Positions 59,586-64,000 of a stretch of 64,000 nucleotides of DNA are shown piece by piece. Position numbers and translations under genes: made by a program. This DNA is from Harriotta raleighana (lineage: Eukaryota): NCBI GenBank assembly GCA_050575255.1, contig JBNZDD010013687.1:1805487-1869486 (forward strand). Reading direction: 5' to 3'. The notes beneath the pieces were generated by a model. The model made no database searches. It saw only the letters and a list, made by a program, of their open reading frames with translations, and was not told where the DNA came from. The stretch's first letter is position 1, and each line of letters opens with the position of its first letter.

Positions 59586-61664
59586 ATTTGTTAACCTCCA
59601 TTTGTTAACAAAACCCTCAATAAACGGGCAGCATATATGTATAAAATAACTGGCTGAAAATGTAATTTATATATGAGGCTCATCAAATAGAATCCCTTCT
59701 GATGTTTGAAAGATATGTCAATAAATAATTCAAAAAAAAATTCTTGGACGGTCATATCACACTACAGCATCTCTCAAAAAGACTACTTAAGTTGATGTTC
59801 TTTGTAATTTATTGCCACGTTTATAAGGAAGCTATCACGCAACCATTCATTTATTGTATATAATAAGCAAAATATGATTAAGTATTCTTTTAAATATAAA
59901 ATATTTTGGTCAAATGAAAAAACAAATCAGAAATGGTTCTCCCTTTTTATTAACATGTGGTTTATAGCCCAGTGAACGATTATAGGCCTTGCAAAAGTGA
60001 CAAACTGCTTGCAATTAAAACAAGACATGTGCCTGGATGTGTGTGTGGTCCCATTTCCTTGAATTTTGTAGCCGTCCCAAAAAATCATGTTGAGATTTGA
60101 GGAACTGAACTGGTATCTTTGAAGTGGTGTTTGATATTATTTTTGATGTGTTTTTGTACTCTTAAACTTGGAGTTAGCTTATGATTTTTACGACATTCTA
60201 ATTTTTACAGCTGGTTATGATATTGCATCTTGGAATATGAACAGCATTATTATCACTTAATATCTATGTCGGGATCATACTGACACGGAGCTTTGTTTTA
60301 AATTTTAATCATGTATGTTTTTATAACGGTTTGGAAAATGCTCTTTGCAGTTTGAAACTGTCGCCATGAAGTCATTGTAACAGTACTTATACTTGCATCA
60401 GGATTTCAGAAATATGGTACTAGTTTAATGTCTACCAAATATGTTTTCATGATATGAAAAATCCATCAAGAATTAACAAATAAAGCATTTCAATGCCAGC
60501 ATATGATGTATTAACTATTGTATTAATTTTGACTTATATATTTTATCATAACTGTCTTGAGTTTTGACGAGTTTCTCATACCCTTCAAACAGGCTTGCTC
60601 TTCACTTCTCTTCATGCCTCAGGCTGATGCTTTAAATTATGGAAAATCAGATGTTTTCGGCACGTTTGCCCTCAATCCATAAAGCTTTCGAAAAAAAATC
60701 CCCGTAATTTTTGATGTGCCAATAAAGATGATGGCACATTTCTGAAGACTTGTTCTAATTCAATTAATCTTAATTGAGACTTTAAAAGACTGAGGTATGT
60801 CAAGGAGCAGATTGCAGATCTCTTTGGATTGTTAGTCAGGCCTATATAGGTCAAACAAGACAATATTAGAGCCAACGTTATAAACTGTTTTAGTTTGAGT
60901 TTCAGTGCCAGTACATTAACATCTCATTTTGTTTTTATATCTCTTTGGTTGTGCAAAGCTATTTAAATCGATTGATATATTGCATTTCTGCCATATTTCC
61001 ACGCTCCTGACCTGAGGAAAAACTTAAAGTGAGTTTCAAAGGTATTATTTCCCCACTATGGGTAGTTTAATTTTAAAATGTGCTTGCTTTACAAATCACA
61101 CATTAAATGCCTCTTTGGATTTTTGGCTCTGATGTAAGTGAGACGTTTCAAAGCTGATGATTCAAAAAACACTTCACTGGCACCTTTTTGCTGCCAAATT
61201 GGGAACTTGCTCCATCGTGGTCTAAAGTGGATTGTAGCAGAGCAGGGTTCCCCTGGGTCTGCATGACAAATTCGTGGTTAACAGCAGGGCTCTAAGTGTT
61301 CAAATCTGTGCTAATCCAGATTGGAAACATCACATCTTTGTCTCGTGGTTGGTACTTGTACCATGATAAATTTAAATCTCTCTGTTTCATACATTCAGTT
61401 AAAGAAGGTAACGTTAATACTTAGGTATTCAAAACTAATTTGAGGCTTTGTGTTTGCCTACTAAAAAACATAGTCTCTACAAAGACTATGTAAAGCATGT
61501 AAAGCGACATACTCCTGATGTGAAAGTTGCTATATTAAACACAAGCATTATTATTATTGATACATGCTTCAGATTCAGTGAATAATGCTCTGCCTGAAGC
61601 TTACCCCTCTAATTGTCATGTTCGCCCGACTTGAAAGGCGCTCTTTAAATCTAATAATGGATGG

Positions 61665-61752
61665 ACTATTATTCTATGAAGCACTTTGGGACTCTAGAAT
61701 ATGTGAAAAACGCTATATCTAATGCAAGGATTATTATTATTATATTATTATT
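61665..61752 (+). mobile_element. SINE 3' tail fragment
   Basis: attctatgaagcactttgggac...gtgaaaaacgctatatctaatgcaaggattattattatt. Confidence 0.8.
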
Positions 61753-62889
61753 TCACCCTGCACACTAAAATGACAAAGAACATAGGATCGTCTGAAGGAG
61801 ATATTTAACTATCAACCGAATAGATTATCTTCAATTTATGGAATATTTACTGTGTTAATATTTTCTCCACTTAGGACACCAGTTATATTGTTTCCAGTTT
61901 GGAAACTATGTTCCTGTCTCAGTTCGAAGATCAATGTTTTGAAGAGTCTTCCTGGCGTGGAAGCCACTATAAAAATGTAAATTGTACTATAAATTGTACT
62001 GTAACTACTAGCAACACACAAAACAAACTTAGAATTAACTATGAGGCAACTGGAAAACCAAACAAAAGGAAACTGGAGTTTAATCCACTTCAAAGAGGAC
62101 ACTACATGGAGCACACATAGCATAATAACCTTCTGAAAGAGTGTTAGTTTACAATGGTGCAGGGGAACGTGGAGAGGGGAACCCTGGGTGGAAATTGGTT
62201 CAGACTCCTGTGCTCTTTGTTGATATTCTATTGTATTATAAGTACAGTACTTAAATGGACCTCTGGTTAAGTTTTTTTTAATTGTGATTTCTATGTGACA
62301 CAGGAGCCATTTCTTGTGTTCTGAGCCAAAGACCTGAGTGATAAAATTGATAATGAATGGCTCATTGACTGACAGATGTATTTATTTTCAATAGGAAACT
62401 GTCTGGGAGCTCATTAGTATTCCCTTTCATCAATACAGTCATCAATGCAATATAGCTCCTGAACATGAACTCTGACCCTTATTCCATTGAATTGGTAAAG
62501 GAGCTGCTGCCTCTGTGTTTCCCAAGTTGTGTTCCTTTGTATTCTAGCCCTAAGGTCATACATTTTATGTACTCTTCAGCCTGTTGCAGCTACACACGAA
62601 AGAAAACCCTCTTTCCTTTCAGGTTTCCTGATAAGTCTGTTGGTCTGTTTGAGCGAAGACCCTTCAGATTTCAAGGGAAATGATAACTGACGGTATTCAT
62701 TAAGGATTCTTTAGCAACCTAAACACTGAGATATGAATCTATTAAAGAACATTATATTATATTAACAACCATAATATAAAACAATCAGGATTATTTTTAC
62801 TACAGCTGGTAACAAAGCCACTAAAGTTAACCTTCATGCACAGGTTAGTTCAAGTTACCAGCTTCAGATCATTGTCCAAAAACCTCTGA

Positions 62890-63010
62890 CAGAGGTGTGC
62901 ATTTGTGGACGTCGGGTAAGGACAGAACTAGGTTTTGCTGCACAGACCCCTTCCCTCCTTCTCCTCCTCCCTCAGGGTGAATAGCTAGTGGCCTTTTGGG
63001 GAGGCCAACT
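62890..63010 (+). repeat. Probable ancient interspersed repeat fragment (unclassified)
   Basis: gtgtgcatttgtggacgtcgggtaaggacagaactagg...gtgaatagc resembles old chondrichthyan SINE-like sequence from memory. Possible relatives at ~5910-6010, ~43690-43790 and ~46560-46720. Confidence 0.3.
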
Positions 63011-63137
63011 AACACTCAAGGACATTTTAGATGTCATGTGGGTATTTTATAATCAGCTGAGAATTTCTTTGAGTACTCAAACTTGAAGAAAGCTGAGACA
63101 TTCCTTTGATATGACTCCGTGAAAAAGATGACTAACA

Positions 63138-63826
63138 CAGTAAAACCCCGTTTATCCAGCACTCACGGGACCTGACCAATGGTGGTTAAATGGTTTTCCA
63201 GTTAAATGGTTTGATTTTTTTTAAATTAAAAATTATTTTAACACAGTAATAACAGATTACCAGCTCCCACCCTGTGCAAACACAGGAAGCTTCCATCTGC
63301 ACGCCGCTAACCTTCAGCGAGGGGAAGGCATGGTCGATTACTATGAAGCCTTCTTGTGAGGTATTTTGAATTGATTGAATAGGCTGGACTTGCAGAGAGA
63401 GTGAGAGTACACAAACACACACACACACATACACATGGAAATGTTGAACAATACTATATAAATAATAGACTAAATACACTAATAACAGATCTTATAATAA
63501 CAGAATATTGTATTAGTACTTTATTATTTATACATAACTTCTACAATGGCTACCAAAGGAGGAAAAGAAAATGGGAAAATGGCACTTTTAAAAAAAAAAC
63601 GTTGGTATCACGAGTTTTTAAAAGAAACGTCAGTAGCCCAACTTTAGGCTCGACTATGGCCGCCGATATAACTGCACCAGTACTCGCGTGCGACAATCCA
63701 TTCATTAAATGCGTCTTCACTATTCTGCTGGATAACTTCCGGTTAATCGAATTAGGACTTTTTTTTGAGATAGCTGTTGAACGGGTTTTCCAGTTCATCG
63801 AGTCACGGATAAACAAGGTTTTACTG
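63138..63826. mobile_element. Non-autonomous Tc1/mariner (Tigger/pogo-like) MITE with both TIRs
   Basis: Left TIR CAGTAAAACCCCGTTTATCC (63138-63157) and right TIR GGATAAACAAGGTTTTACTG (63807-63826) match at 18/20. TA follows the right TIR and CA precedes the left. Confidence 0.85.
63409..63435. repeat. (CA)n microsatellite inside the MITE
   Basis: acacaaacacacacacacacatacaca. Confidence 0.75.
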
Positions 63827-64000
63827 TATTTTTAATGGCCCAAGAACCATTGCTGCACGCGTTTATAACTCAATTTAGAAAATGAAATAAATCACTTATG
63901 TTAAGCAGTTATCTATTCAACTTGATTGGAAAGAGGTTAACGTTTTCTTCCTTACTCGATGACAAGTCTCTAATGTCTCTTGCTCTCCATGTTCCAACTC

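Noticed and set aside
63401-63835. 144-aa and 88-aa ORFs as a transposase
   Set aside because: The longer one starts in a (CA)n repeat, and neither shows DDE/D or HTH motifs. They lie in the MITE interior.
1-64000. Known named enhancer (e.g. Shh ZRS), known miRNA, endogenous virus or prokaryotic system
   Set aside because: No matching sequence recognised by eye, and no long ORFs, LTR pairs or operon-like structure. A database search is still needed to exclude small RNAs.

Overview
AT-rich (roughly 37-38% GC by eye), CpG-depleted eukaryotic DNA with no protein-coding gene, rRNA, intact tRNA or CRISPR array that I can support. The repeats point to a cartilaginous fish, possibly a holocephalan such as Callorhinchus (inference). 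They include tRNA-headed SINEs with L2-type 3' tails ending in (ATT)n or (GTT)n, DeuSINE-domain copies, CR1 3' ends with (TTCTTATG)n tails, and L2 remnants. The window reads as a gene desert or very large intron. Most short ORFs look like noise, and the few with recognisable sequence are decayed CR1/L2 ORF2 fragments. Between repeats lie several unique blocks with clustered HOX/PBX/MEIS, T-box, SOX, TEAD, AP-1, FOX and RUNX-like motifs. These resemble conserved non-coding enhancers, but conservation cannot be shown from this sequence alone. The best-supported notable structures are a complete ~690 bp Tc1/mariner (Tigger/pogo-like) MITE with paired TIRs, a modular SINE family with visible domain exchange between copies, a ~97 bp palindromic insertion nested in a CR1, and a 112 bp tandem duplication. 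A few hairpins and weak candidate exons are also noted. I found no convincing new biological system. Repeat boundaries are approximate.
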